Positions 29,922 to 39,634 of a DNA stretch of 64,000 bases are shown one piece after another; within the stretch, counting starts at the first letter, position 1, and every line of letters begins with the position of its first letter. The translations under genes were made by a program, and so were the position numbers. Source of the stretch: Bacilli bacterium (lineage in GTDB: Bacteria; Bacillota_I; Bacilli_A; RF39; UBA660); NCBI GenBank assembly GCA_017438635.1, contig JAFRUZ010000011.1:74357-138356 (forward strand), read 5' to 3'. The notes under the pieces were generated by a model. The model saw nothing but the letters and a program-made list of their open reading frames with translations, searched no databases and had not been told where the DNA came from.

Positions 29922-31511
29922 TTATTCTAAAATCAAGTTTTCAATATTTATATCTGCTTTAGTAATAGTTTTAAGTACTCTCTTTTGTTTTTTATCTTTA
30001 ACGTTAGAAGCATGTCTAACTACAGTCTTTTCATAAATATTTCTAACAAATCTAGCATTACCAAAGTTCTTCATATTGCGATATTTATCAATTATTTCAC
30101 GTAAGTATTCTATAGCATCATCTTTTACTTCAAAACCTGCTTTCTTAGTCATACCTAAGAAAATCTCTATTAATTCATCAGTAGTATAATCATCAAAATG
30201 AAGAGTATATCCAATTCTAGAAGTAATACCAGAATTCGAATCAAGAAAAGCTTGCATTTCTTTAGTATATCCTGCAAAAATCACCACTAGTTTGTCTCTA
30301 TAATTTTCCATGGCTTGAATTAGTGTAGCAATTGCTTCTCCATTATAAGAATTGTCCCCACGATCTGCTAAAGCATAGGCTTCATCGATAAATAGAACTC
30401 CATTCATCGCTTTTTCTATTACAGACATAGTCTTTGGTGCAGTTTGTCCTACATACTCTGCTACTAAGTCTTTTACAGAAACTTCTACTAACTTATTTTC
30501 TTTAACATATTTCAAGTCATAAAGTATTTCAGATATCATACGAGCAATAGTAGTTTTACCTGTACCAGGATTACCTAAAAATACCATATGTAAATTAATA
30601 TCTTTTATTTTTAAGTCTTTATCTTTTTCTTTTAATGAGATAACATCAACAAGTTCATGTAATACTTTCTTAACTTTTTCAAGGCCTACTAATTCATTAA
30701 GATCTGCAAATACTTCATCAATAGTCTTTTCTTTTTCTATTACTGGAAGTTCTTTATTAAATGAAATATATTTAATTAAATCATTTTTATATTCTACATA
30801 ATCTATATCTTTACTATATGTAGCAGTAATATAATCAAGTATTTTAACTTTGAATTCATCATCTGCAGAAACCTTGTCAAGAACTTCGTTGTATATATCT
30901 TGAACATCAGGATTAACACCAGTTATATAAAAATCAAAATAATTATTTTTTACAGATTCATTTCCTAAAAAGAAATTATTAAGTTCTTCATTAGTACCTG
31001 ATATAACAGTAATACACTTACTATCTTTATCTAAGAATTCTGTTAAATCATGAATAAACTTTTTAAATGTTTTTACTTCCTCAAGATTAATACCATTTAA
31101 ATTATTAATTAGAACAAGTCCACTATCAAAATTAACATTATCCATTTTATATAAAGATATTTCTTTAGTACCTTTATCTATATAATTATAAAAAGATCCT
31201 GCAGTACTAAGTATATCGGTTATTTCTTCTACTAAAGGTTTATTATTAGACTCAAGAATTATTCTAAAAGGAATATAATTCTTTTCAGTACCTTCATTAA
31301 ACACTTTCATATACTCTACTATTCTTTTGATTAATTCTCTTGATTTATCATCAACATTTAACTCGTTTATTCTATCAAAAAGAGATGCCATATCTTCATC
31401 ATTTGGCATTTCTTCTACTTCTATTTTAGGAATATTCTCAGTATCAAAAAAGTCTTTGTATATATCTTTCAAATAGTCTTTATTCATAAGCATTCCTTTT
31501 TTATTGTTCAA
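29922..31511 (-). CDS. AAA+ ATPase, SpoVK/CbbX-like, with long N-terminal extension
   Basis: Walker A GNPGTGKTT, Walker B VLFIDEAYAL and an arginine-finger region. It overlaps the telA-like gene by 11 nt. Confidence 0.7.
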   Translation of the reverse strand: MNNKKGMLMNKDYLKDIYKDFFDTENIPKIEVEEMPNDEDMASLFDRINELNVDDKSRELIKRIVEYMKVFNEGTEKNYIPFRIILESNNKPLVEEITDILSTAGSFYNYIDKGTKEISLYKMDNVNFDSGLVLINNLNGINLEEVKTFKKFIHDLTEFLDKDSKCITVISGTNEELNNFFLGNESVKNNYFDFYITGVNPDVQDIYNEVLDKVSADDEFKVKILDYITATYSKDIDYVEYKNDLIKYISFNKELPVIEKEKTIDEVFADLNELVGLEKVKKVLHELVDVISLKEKDKDLKIKDINLHMVFLGNPGTGKTTIARMISEILYDLKYVKENKLVEVSVKDLVAEYVGQTAPKTMSVIEKAMNGVLFIDEAYALADRGDNSYNGEAIATLIQAMENYRDKLVVIFAGYTKEMQAFLDSNSGITSRIGYTLHFDDYTTDELIEIFLGMTKKAGFEVKDDAIEYLREIIDKYRNMKNFGNARFVRNIYEKTVVRHASNVKDKKQKRVLKTITKADINIENLILE

Positions 31512-32652
31512 CTTTTATTTCTAACATTTTTGCCTTTAATTCTTTTTCTAGATCTGCTAAAGTCTTTTCAGCTTCAGCACGTTTTGCTCTTCCTTCTTCA
31601 TGAATTTTAATTACTGAATCTAAAGTTTCTATTAAGTTTTGGTTTGTCTTTTGAAGTGTTTCAACATCAACAATAGCTCTTTCGCTTTCTTTAGCAATTT
31701 CAATAGATCCTTGTTTTAGAGTTTGACTATTCTTTTCTAACATTTCATTAGTAAGTTTAGAAACTTCTTGTTGAGTTTTTAAAGCTTTCTTAGCGTTACT
31801 AATTCCAAGAGCAAGTACCATTTGATTCTTCCATAATGGAATAGTATTTGTAATAGAACTTTGAATCTTTTCAACAAGTTCTGCTTCATTGTTTTGTAAT
31901 AATCTAATTTGTGGTGCCATTTGAATTGAAATTAATCTAGTAGTTTTTAAATCATATATTTTCTTTTCAAATCTATTGATTAATGCTTCCATATCATGTA
32001 CTTTTTGAGCGTCTAATTGTTCACCACTTTTTTCAGCAGCAGCCATAAGTTTAGGAAGTTCTACATTTCTTAATTCATCAAGTTTTCTTTCACCAGCAAT
32101 GATGTATAAAGATATTTCTTTAAAGTATTCAAGATTCTTTTCATACATAGTATCAAAAATAGTAATATCTTTTAACATTTGAAGTTTATCTTTTTCAAGT
32201 CCAGTTTCAATAGTATCAATATTCTTTTCAATTTTACTATATTTAGCTACTATAAAATCAAATTCCTTTTTAGCACTAGTAAATAACTTGCTAATAATAT
32301 TTTGTTTACTTACTCCGCTTACATCTTTATCAAAGGATTTAATTTGACTAACTAATTCTGCAAGTAAATCTCCTACTTCACCAGTATTCTTAGTTTTAAC
32401 ATCTTCAAGTATACTATCTGAAAATTTAGATATTTTTTCTTGAGCTGCTACACCATATTGTAGTATTTGTGCAGAGTCAGTTATATCAATTTTTTTATTG
32501 AATTCATCAATTGCTTTTTGTTCTGCTTTAGATAGTTCATCATAGTTAAGAGATTTTTCAATTTGTTTTTCAGTTACTTCTTTTTCAGTAACTAATCCTT
32601 CTAGTGATTTTTCATCAACTTTCTTTTCTACTTTTAATTCTAAATTACTCAT
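31501..32652 (-). CDS. telA: TelA (toxic anion resistance / YaaN-like) family protein
   Basis: 383-aa all-helical protein whose N-terminal region matches the TelA family pattern. Confidence 0.65.
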   Translation of the reverse strand: MSNLELKVEKKVDEKSLEGLVTEKEVTEKQIEKSLNYDELSKAEQKAIDEFNKKIDITDSAQILQYGVAAQEKISKFSDSILEDVKTKNTGEVGDLLAELVSQIKSFDKDVSGVSKQNIISKLFTSAKKEFDFIVAKYSKIEKNIDTIETGLEKDKLQMLKDITIFDTMYEKNLEYFKEISLYIIAGERKLDELRNVELPKLMAAAEKSGEQLDAQKVHDMEALINRFEKKIYDLKTTRLISIQMAPQIRLLQNNEAELVEKIQSSITNTIPLWKNQMVLALGISNAKKALKTQQEVSKLTNEMLEKNSQTLKQGSIEIAKESERAIVDVETLQKTNQNLIETLDSVIKIHEEGRAKRAEAEKTLADLEKELKAKMLEIKVEQ

Positions 32653-32654
32653 AT

Positions 32655-33869
32655 TTAATCCTCCTTTAAGTAATCAATTAATTTATTATAAGTATTCATC
32701 TTTAAACTAGTAACTGTACTAGTAATTGATTTAGGTATTCCAAGCCCTATGCTTGATACATCGTAATTACCACCTGTAACACCTGTTCTAAATCCATATC
32801 TTTCCCATGCTATTTGACTTATTTCAGGATCATTAAGCGCCTTGTATACTTTAGCACCATTTTCAGTAAATACCATGAAACAATGTGAATTCCAAATAGT
32901 AGGCGCTGGATAAAGAATTCTAACATCTTCTTTTACTCTAGCAAATGCATCAGGAGATGAATTAGCAAAATCTATCATACTCTTTTCATAATCTACAATC
33001 ATAGGTTCTCCGCCCATACCTGTTTTTAAGTATCTTTCAAATAGATCTGCTGGAGTATTATTCATATAACCTGACTTAATATAAAAATCTTTTAACTTAG
33101 GTAAATTAGCTTTAACATTTGCAGTGTTTACTTGTCCTTCACTAAGTACTGATAAAAGAAGTCCATAATATGTAGCCCCAGGTGATGATGATACAGGATC
33201 TGTTGAAGCTATATTAATATTTCCATATAAACCTTTAAGCCCTATATCTTTCCATTTCTTACCTTCAAGAATATAATCAATTAATTTATTCATGTTAGTA
33301 ATGTAATAAACATTATTACTTTTTTTAGTTACTATTTTTTCATTTATTAAAGCTTCTACAACTTCATCCCAACTATAAATAACTATTGGAGTATTTAAAG
33401 TAAGTCCTCCATCAAGTACTGTATATCTATCTGCTTCTCCTGCTTCTTTATTTGGAGATAGTTTATAGTAATCATAGAATCTTTGATCTGAAGTAAACAA
33501 AGCATCATATTTACTTACTCCAGGAGAGTTAATTGAAAAACTCTTTCCACTTTCCATTTCTGATACTATACTTTGATTACCAAGTCCAACGCTTTCTCTA
33601 ATAAGTGGTTTAGTAATAGTCTTACCATTACTCCAAGTATCAAATACAACGTTCAATTTGTATTTTTTTCTAAGTATTTTCTTAACATCAGCATCATTTA
33701 AGAAATCTTCTTTTCCTCCACCAGTTGCAACATATACTGTAGTTAATTTCCCTACAAATGGTTTATTACCATCAGAATCTGTAAAATACTTAATGAAGAT
33801 CATGGCCCCAACAAGAATTACAAATATTAGAATTCCTGTTATTACATTTCTAGTCTTCATTATTATCAC
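32655..33869 (-). CDS. Membrane-anchored periplasmic-binding-protein-like domain protein, hypothetical
   Basis: N-terminal TM helix and a PBP-fold-like extracellular region. It is paralogous in character to the N-terminal half of the downstream vWA lipoprotein. Confidence 0.4.
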   Translation of the reverse strand: MIIMKTRNVITGILIFVILVGAMIFIKYFTDSDGNKPFVGKLTTVYVATGGGKEDFLNDADVKKILRKKYKLNVVFDTWSNGKTITKPLIRESVGLGNQSIVSEMESGKSFSINSPGVSKYDALFTSDQRFYDYYKLSPNKEAGEADRYTVLDGGLTLNTPIVIYSWDEVVEALINEKIVTKKSNNVYYITNMNKLIDYILEGKKWKDIGLKGLYGNINIASTDPVSSSPGATYYGLLLSVLSEGQVNTANVKANLPKLKDFYIKSGYMNNTPADLFERYLKTGMGGEPMIVDYEKSMIDFANSSPDAFARVKEDVRILYPAPTIWNSHCFMVFTENGAKVYKALNDPEISQIAWERYGFRTGVTGGNYDVSSIGLGIPKSITSTVTSLKMNTYNKLIDYLKED

Positions 33870-34482
33870 TACCTTTCATAATAAGATTATCATCTACTAT
33901 ACCATCAGCTTTAAGCATAATGTTATATACTTTCATATCTGCATCTGCATCAATAATATCTTTTTCATATAAATCAGATAATATTGTCCCAAATGCACGA
34001 TTAGTATCAGCAATCATCTTATCTGCTTTTTTCATAAAATCTTGTCCTTCGGAAGAACCAAGTTTTTGATTTTCTACTTCATCGTACTTCTTAACTATTT
34101 TAATAAGTACTGGTAAATAGTATTCAAAGAAGTTACCTAAACTGTCTTCTTTTTTAGGATTTTCTTCTACAGTAGCAATAATCTTATTTACAGTATCATG
34201 TATCTCCTTTAAATTCTTTTTGGTTTCCTCTGACTCTACTTTAGATATCAGATTTAGTATTTCTTTATTTTCTTTCCTTGCTTTATTTATTTTTAAATAA
34301 AGACTTCTATTAGTATCCTTTAGTATCTCTTTTGTTTTAACTCCTGATAAAACTAATTCAGAAGCTCCAAATGCTGCTGCTCCAATGGCAAGAGCAGGCC
34401 CAAGTGTTATTGATAAACCTAAGTAAGGTATTGCAAAAAATGTACTTCCTACAATTGCAGAAACAATCTCTTTATTCTTCAT
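33850..34482 (-). CDS. XpaC-like (5-bromo-4-chloroindolyl phosphate hydrolysis protein family) membrane protein
   Basis: Two N-terminal TM helices plus a helical C-terminal part, in the classic telA/xpaC adjacency. Confidence 0.5.
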   Translation of the reverse strand: MKNKEIVSAIVGSTFFAIPYLGLSITLGPALAIGAAAFGASELVLSGVKTKEILKDTNRSLYLKINKARKENKEILNLISKVESEETKKNLKEIHDTVNKIIATVEENPKKEDSLGNFFEYYLPVLIKIVKKYDEVENQKLGSSEGQDFMKKADKMIADTNRAFGTILSDLYEKDIIDADADMKVYNIMLKADGIVDDNLIMKGSDNNED

Positions 34483-36089
34483 TAGTTATAACTCCTTACT
34501 TCTCTAAATGCTGCGAGAAGTCCATCTTTACCATTAAACACTTTTGCATTAGTAAGATCCGCTATTTTTTCAAGTTGACGTTCATTTGCATCTCCAAAAG
34601 TAATACTATAAATAGGAATTGTAGATTTATGATCTTTATAATAATCTTTTAAATCATAGTAAGAACCACTATTTGATTCTCCATCAGTCATAAGTATAAC
34701 TGTTTTAGTGTAGTCATCACTATCATCTTTTCTTAATATTTTTAAAGCCTCAATTGAAGGATCATATATATTAGTACCTCCAAGTGCTTCAAGTGAATCA
34801 ACATATTTTATTACAGAATCTGTATCGTTACCATATTTAGTGTCAAATACTTTCTTAACATCACTGTTAAAAGTAATTACTGTTATTTTATCTTTATCAG
34901 AAAACTGTAAATTATCTTTACTAGCAGTTTCATAATCAAGTATATAGTTCATTGCCTCTTTTAATTCAGCAAGACCACTACCATACATACTTCCAGAAAT
35001 ATCTAAGCAGAATACTACGTGTGTAGGTTTTCTTAGTGCTTCGATATATAGATTAATTGCAGCAGTGATAACCTTTTTACTTGGATATTTCATATCTTTT
35101 ATATATTTAGTAGTATCTATACCCCAATCAGGATTAAATATCTTTTTATCGGCATCTTTATTTGTACCACCATACCAAGAACGATATCCATATTTTTCCA
35201 TTTGATTAATAGCTTCATCACTTCTTAAATATTTTTGTAATTCAAGAAACTTTTCTCTGTTTTTAGTATCTGTAGCATCGTTATTTATATAAGCAAATGG
35301 CATATCATTAATTGCTACTCCATCAACAGGATATATCAAATATAGAGGTTCTTTCTTTTCTTTAACTAATTTTTGATTAAGTTCAATCAAAGAACTTTCA
35401 TAGTTAATCATTGCATCATATTTACCATTTATAAACATATCAGTAAGATATTCTTCATCACCACTGACACGTTCTACTCCTTTAAAGAATGATTTTAAAT
35501 CACTTTTCAATGACTCACTCTTTAACATATCAGTAGTAAGTACTTCGGGATTACCTGCAAGACTGTTTAAGAAACTTAAATAACTTGTAGCCCCTGTATT
35601 AGTCTTAGTAACTGATGCCATAACATATTTAAGTTTACCGGATTTAATACTTTCAAGTAAATCTTTGTTATAAACTTTAGAATTAACAAATCCTAATTCT
35701 TTTGCTTTACTCTTCTTAATACCCATAACAACAGGATCTATAACTATAGACTTACTATCAGTTGTTAATGAAGTATTATTAAGTTGATATAACCAAATTG
35801 AATTTGATATCCAAACAGCATCATATTTCTTACTGTTTGAATTAAGAATATCAACAATTTCTAAATCACCATAATGTTCTATTTCAACTTTAATGTTATT
35901 CTTTTTACCATACTTAATTAAGTGTTCATCCATCTTTTTAGTAGATGTAGAAGAAATTATACGAAAGACATTATCATCATTATCTACAAGATCAATTCCC
36001 CCACTACTACAACTAGATAAAAGCATACCGTAAAGAACAAATAAAATAAGTACAAAAAGCACAGGATGTTTAGTAACAAATTTACCCAT
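34482..36089 (-). CDS. Lipoprotein with N-terminal PBP-like domain and C-terminal vWA domain
   Basis: RBS GAGGTGA before MGKFV. Lipobox LLSSCSSG and MIDAS motif DISGSM. Confidence 0.6.
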   Translation of the reverse strand: MGKFVTKHPVLFVLILFVLYGMLLSSCSSGGIDLVDNDDNVFRIISSTSTKKMDEHLIKYGKKNNIKVEIEHYGDLEIVDILNSNSKKYDAVWISNSIWLYQLNNTSLTTDSKSIVIDPVVMGIKKSKAKELGFVNSKVYNKDLLESIKSGKLKYVMASVTKTNTGATSYLSFLNSLAGNPEVLTTDMLKSESLKSDLKSFFKGVERVSGDEEYLTDMFINGKYDAMINYESSLIELNQKLVKEKKEPLYLIYPVDGVAINDMPFAYINNDATDTKNREKFLELQKYLRSDEAINQMEKYGYRSWYGGTNKDADKKIFNPDWGIDTTKYIKDMKYPSKKVITAAINLYIEALRKPTHVVFCLDISGSMYGSGLAELKEAMNYILDYETASKDNLQFSDKDKITVITFNSDVKKVFDTKYGNDTDSVIKYVDSLEALGGTNIYDPSIEALKILRKDDSDDYTKTVILMTDGESNSGSYYDLKDYYKDHKSTIPIYSITFGDANERQLEKIADLTNAKVFNGKDGLLAAFREVRSYN

Positions 36090-36180
36090 ATCATTCACCT
36101 CTATCACTATTAAATATATCATAATTACGTAAAATAAAAAAGAGAAAAATCAATTTTTCTCTTTTTAAAAATCAGAATAA

Positions 36181-36873
36181 TTAACTGTTGAAATCCGCAA
36201 GATCTACATAAGCAACAGATGAAAGTTTTGCATCTTCATCTAAACTATCATAAATAGTAAGAACATCAATAGAATATACACTTTCTGCAGTTACTGTTTT
36301 AGCAAGAGCAAGAAAAGCATAATTTGTTCCTGAAACTACTTGTTTACCTAAATAAACAATTGGAGTATATTCTACTCCGACTATTGAAGTAGCTTTAGTA
36401 AATGCCTCATTAACATCATCACTTAAAGTAGTAGCCTTAATATTACTATTAACTGACCATGCACCTGATAATTGTTCAGTATTAACTTCTATATCTTTAC
36501 TTACATATTTTGTATAGTCAAAATCTTTAACACTTGAAACAGAAGCATTTCCTTTTAAATCATTATATACTACTACCATTTTTAAACTTGTAACTGGCTT
36601 TTCAGTAACAGTTGTTCCTTTACATAAAAACATATAGTTAGTACCAGATACTACTTGTTTACCCAAAAGAGCAACAGGTTCAAAAGTCATACCATCATAT
36701 GATTCAGTAGCTTTATTAAGCGCTTTAGAAGCATCTTCTGGTATATTAACTGCTTTTATATCATTATTAGCAGTCCAACCTCCCACTATTTCAGATTCAC
36801 TAGAACTAGATTTTTTGCCACAACCAACTAAACAAATGCATAGTATTAAAGCAAATATAAATATTTTTTTCAT
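36181..36873 (-). CDS. Lipoprotein with internally duplicated ~95-aa domain, hypothetical
   Basis: RBS GGAGG before MKKIF and lipobox LVGCG. Two repeats contain …LGKQVVSGTNY(M/A)FL…T. Confidence 0.5.
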   Translation of the reverse strand: MKKIFIFALILCICLVGCGKKSSSSESEIVGGWTANNDIKAVNIPEDASKALNKATESYDGMTFEPVALLGKQVVSGTNYMFLCKGTTVTEKPVTSLKMVVVYNDLKGNASVSSVKDFDYTKYVSKDIEVNTEQLSGAWSVNSNIKATTLSDDVNEAFTKATSIVGVEYTPIVYLGKQVVSGTNYAFLALAKTVTAESVYSIDVLTIYDSLDEDAKLSSVAYVDLADFNS

Positions 36874-36971
36874 AACATTACCTCCAATTAATATTATACA
36901 ACATTTATAATTATTTTCAATTATGTTTTTTATATTTTTAACTGATTTAAAAAATATAAAAAACAAAAAAG

Positions 36972-36996
36972 ATGCTTATTCTAAAATAAGCATCCC
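36972..36996 (-). terminator. Intrinsic terminator hairpin GATGCTTATtttagaATAAGCATC downstream of the TasA-like gene
   Basis: Perfect 9-bp stem followed by a T-run on the minus strand. Confidence 0.5.
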
Positions 36997-37034
36997 GATA
37001 TTTATATTATTTTAACAATAATCAATACATTTAA

Positions 37035-37724
37035 TTATACAGCTGATGAATATAGTAATGTCACATCACCAAATGATACATCAAACCCACCATCAGCTTG
37101 TGCTGATCCAGTTTCATAAGCAATTCTAACTTCTACTGTTTCAGAAGCATCTTTATTTAAGTCATGTGCTGTAGCATTAGCAAAAGCACTTCTTAATGTA
37201 GTTCCAGTAAATGCTTCACTTCCTACTGTAACTGTTAAAGTAATTCCAGTACAAGCAGTATTAACTAAACTTTGAGTAGTACCACTTTTAGCAGTACATA
37301 TTTTTGTAGAAGACTCTCCAGATACATTAGAGAATGTTATACTCTTTAAATATGCTTTCAATTCACCAGCATTCTTAGTAAAGAAACTATAAGTAACTTC
37401 TTGTCCTGGTGCTGTAAATACTGCATGTAAATTTTTAATTACTGCATCTCCATTATCATTATCAATTACTGCATTTGAAGCTGTAAATCCAGTAACTCCA
37501 GTAGGATTTAATGTTGGTGTTATATCGTCATCAACAACACTACTTGAGCTTGATGAAAAGTCAACATTAAACACACTATCATCAACTACTACTTCTGCAG
37601 ATGATTTAATTGTAAGTGTGTTTGAAAAAGCTGCGAAACCTAGTGATAATCCAACTACTCCCAATAAAAGTCCTACAATTGCCATAATTCTTGCTTTCTT
37701 ATCTTTTTGATTTTCCATTTGCAT
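37035..37724 (-). CDS. TasA/CalY/camelysin-like secreted protein with SipW-cognate-type signal peptide
   Basis: N-terminus KKARIMAIVGLLLGVVGLSLGFAAFSNT resembles the SipW-cognate class signal (…G…G..AAFS(D/N)T). The mature region is Ala/Thr/Ser/Gly-rich, with codon composition GC-richer than the surrounding genes. Confidence 0.4.
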   Translation of the reverse strand: MQMENQKDKKARIMAIVGLLLGVVGLSLGFAAFSNTLTIKSSAEVVVDDSVFNVDFSSSSSSVVDDDITPTLNPTGVTGFTASNAVIDNDNGDAVIKNLHAVFTAPGQEVTYSFFTKNAGELKAYLKSITFSNVSGESSTKICTAKSGTTQSLVNTACTGITLTVTVGSEAFTGTTLRSAFANATAHDLNKDASETVEVRIAYETGSAQADGGFDVSFGDVTLLYSSAV

Positions 37725-37837
37725 ATATATTCCTCCTTTATTATCTATATATAATTTTAAAGCATAAATAATATTTTTTCAATTCTATTTAACAAAATAT
37801 ATAAAATTTTACACAAAAAAAGTAAATTATAAACAAT

Positions 37838-38590
37838 TTACTCTTCATCAAACATTAAATGTTGTATTCTATACGGATCATTAAGATACATCTTATATGA
37901 TTGATATATATCAGTATCTTCATATTTAATTTCTTTAAAATTATCATTTAAATCAAGTATTTGTGCATCTCTATAACTGATAATAATTGGAGAATGAGAT
38001 GCAATAATAAACTGTGATCCTTTCTTAACAAGATCATCTATTAAACAAAGTAAATTCATTTGTTTCTGAGGAGATAATGCTGCTTCTGGTTCATCTAAAA
38101 TATATAAACCTTTATCAGAAAACCTATTCTCTACTAGTTTTATAAAAGATTCTCCATGAGAACATTCATGTAAATTACCGCCATAAGAATCATATAATGT
38201 ACCAAAAGAATCAGGATCTTCACTTATTTTTTGTATTTCTGATATAACGTTATAAAAACTTTCTGCTCTAAGAAAGAACTTTGTCTTAGGCATACCATAT
38301 CTAGGAATAAATAAGTATTCAGATAAAATAGAATGTGTTGGAATTGTTGAAAAATTAAAATTTTGAGTGCCACCTTCAGCATTTAATCCTAAATAAACTG
38401 CAATAGCTTCAATAAATGTAGATTTACCTATACCATTTTCTCCTACAAAAAAAGTTACAGGTTTAGTAAGTTCAATTTCAGTAAAGTTTTTAACTACTTT
38501 TATATCAAAAGGATATATATCAAAAGAAGGAACCTTTCCTCTTTCAAGTTTTATCTCTTGAACAAATAATTTTTCATTATCAAAGGCCAT
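37838..38590 (-). CDS. Stand-alone ABC-type AAA ATPase (COG3910-like)
   Basis: Walker A GENGIGKST, D-loop/Walker B ILDEPEAALSP and H-loop IIASHSP. There is no TM or substrate domain. Confidence 0.6.
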   Translation of the reverse strand: MAFDNEKLFVQEIKLERGKVPSFDIYPFDIKVVKNFTEIELTKPVTFFVGENGIGKSTFIEAIAVYLGLNAEGGTQNFNFSTIPTHSILSEYLFIPRYGMPKTKFFLRAESFYNVISEIQKISEDPDSFGTLYDSYGGNLHECSHGESFIKLVENRFSDKGLYILDEPEAALSPQKQMNLLCLIDDLVKKGSQFIIASHSPIIISYRDAQILDLNDNFKEIKYEDTDIYQSYKMYLNDPYRIQHLMFDEE

Positions 38591-38609
38591 AATAAACCTC
38601 CTTTATTAG

Positions 38610-38876
38610 TTAATTATTAAATCTATTATATTTTTCCCATAATTTTCTAAATAGTTTTAAAGATAATGTAGATAAACCAAAACCTATTACAGGTACTAAT
38701 GAACTAAAATATATATTATTGTATTTAGATACAATATAGGAATATGTAACAACTACAATATAAGTTAAAACACATATTAAAAATCTTCTAAAAAGACTTG
38801 TTTCCCATTTTTTATCTAGTTCTACTCTCCTATTTCTCTTTTCAATTTCTTTAATTCTTTTTTCTAAATCTTTCAT
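38610..38876 (-). CDS. Small membrane protein, hypothetical
   Basis: RBS GGAGGTG before MKDLEK. A coiled N-terminus is followed by 2 TM helices. It lies 3 nt after the yggS-like stop. Confidence 0.4.
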   Translation of the reverse strand: MKDLEKRIKEIEKRNRRVELDKKWETSLFRRFLICVLTYIVVVTYSYIVSKYNNIYFSSLVPVIGFGLSTLSLKLFRKLWEKYNRFNN

Positions 38877-38918
38877 AAATACACCTCCGAAATAATTTAT
38901 ATTATTATAACACAATTA

Positions 38919-39551
38919 TTATTTATATACTCTTTCTCCAAATATTTTAGTACCTATTCTAATAATATCAGTACCTTCTTCTATAGCTATTTTATAATCA
39001 CTACTCATACCCATAGATAATAGTGATAAATTGTATTTAGATTTTAATGATTTCATCTCTCTAAATGAAGAACGAATATCATCTATATTATCAGTATGAG
39101 GTGCTATAGCCATTAATCCACAAAGATTAATGTTTGATAAACCTAAGCAAAAAGAAATAAGTTCATCTAAAGAAGATATACTACATCCTGTCTTATTAAT
39201 ATCATTAGCTATATTTACTTCTATTAATATAGATACAGTTTTATTATTTTTAATAGCTTCTTTATTTATTTCTTTAGCTAGTTTAATAGAATCAACTGAT
39301 TCAATTAAATATATGTTTCTTTTAACAATATCTCTAACTTTATTAGTTTGTAAATGTCCTATCATATGCCATTTAATATCACTAGGTAAACAGTCCATTT
39401 TTTTAACTAATTCTTGTACATAATTTTCTCCAAAATCTCTAATACCTAAATCATATGCTTTAAGTATTTCTTCATTACTTTTAGTTTTAGATACTGCTAC
39501 TAAAGTAACAGATCCTATCTCTTCCCTTAATTCATCTATAGCTTCTTTCAC
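38919..39551 (-). CDS. yggS: YggS/PLPHP family pyridoxal-phosphate homeostasis protein
   Basis: GTG start with RBS AGGAG. Motifs VAVSKTKS, GENYVQE and HMIGHLQTNK are present. Confidence 0.8.
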   Translation of the reverse strand: MKEAIDELREEIGSVTLVAVSKTKSNEEILKAYDLGIRDFGENYVQELVKKMDCLPSDIKWHMIGHLQTNKVRDIVKRNIYLIESVDSIKLAKEINKEAIKNNKTVSILIEVNIANDINKTGCSISSLDELISFCLGLSNINLCGLMAIAPHTDNIDDIRSSFREMKSLKSKYNLSLLSMGMSSDYKIAIEEGTDIIRIGTKIFGERVYK

Positions 39552-39562
39552 GTTACCAACTC

Positions 39563-39634
39563 CTAATAATATTATAACATAAAATAAAAATTGGAAATAA
39601 TTACCAATTTTTACCAGTTTTTAATTTATTTATT
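39563..39634 (-). repeat. Junction module copy A (~70 bp; promoter TGTTATAAT + palindrome TTGGAAATAATTACCAA + TTTTTACCAGTTTTTAATTTA)
   Basis: One of four ~90% identical copies. It is located between the SWIM gene stop and the yggS start. Confidence 0.8.

Noticed and set aside
39571-39580. ATTATAACAT(A)AAA as a specific shared operator
   Set aside because: The same string (reverse complement TGTTATAAT, an extended -10) also occurs upstream of pncC (20431), the SAM riboswitch (29908), hsdR (55068), the 149-aa gene (56381) and the PHP gene (61192/61217). It is therefore the organism's generic promoter -10, not part of the specific repeat. Only the downstream ~55 bp is unique to the four modules.
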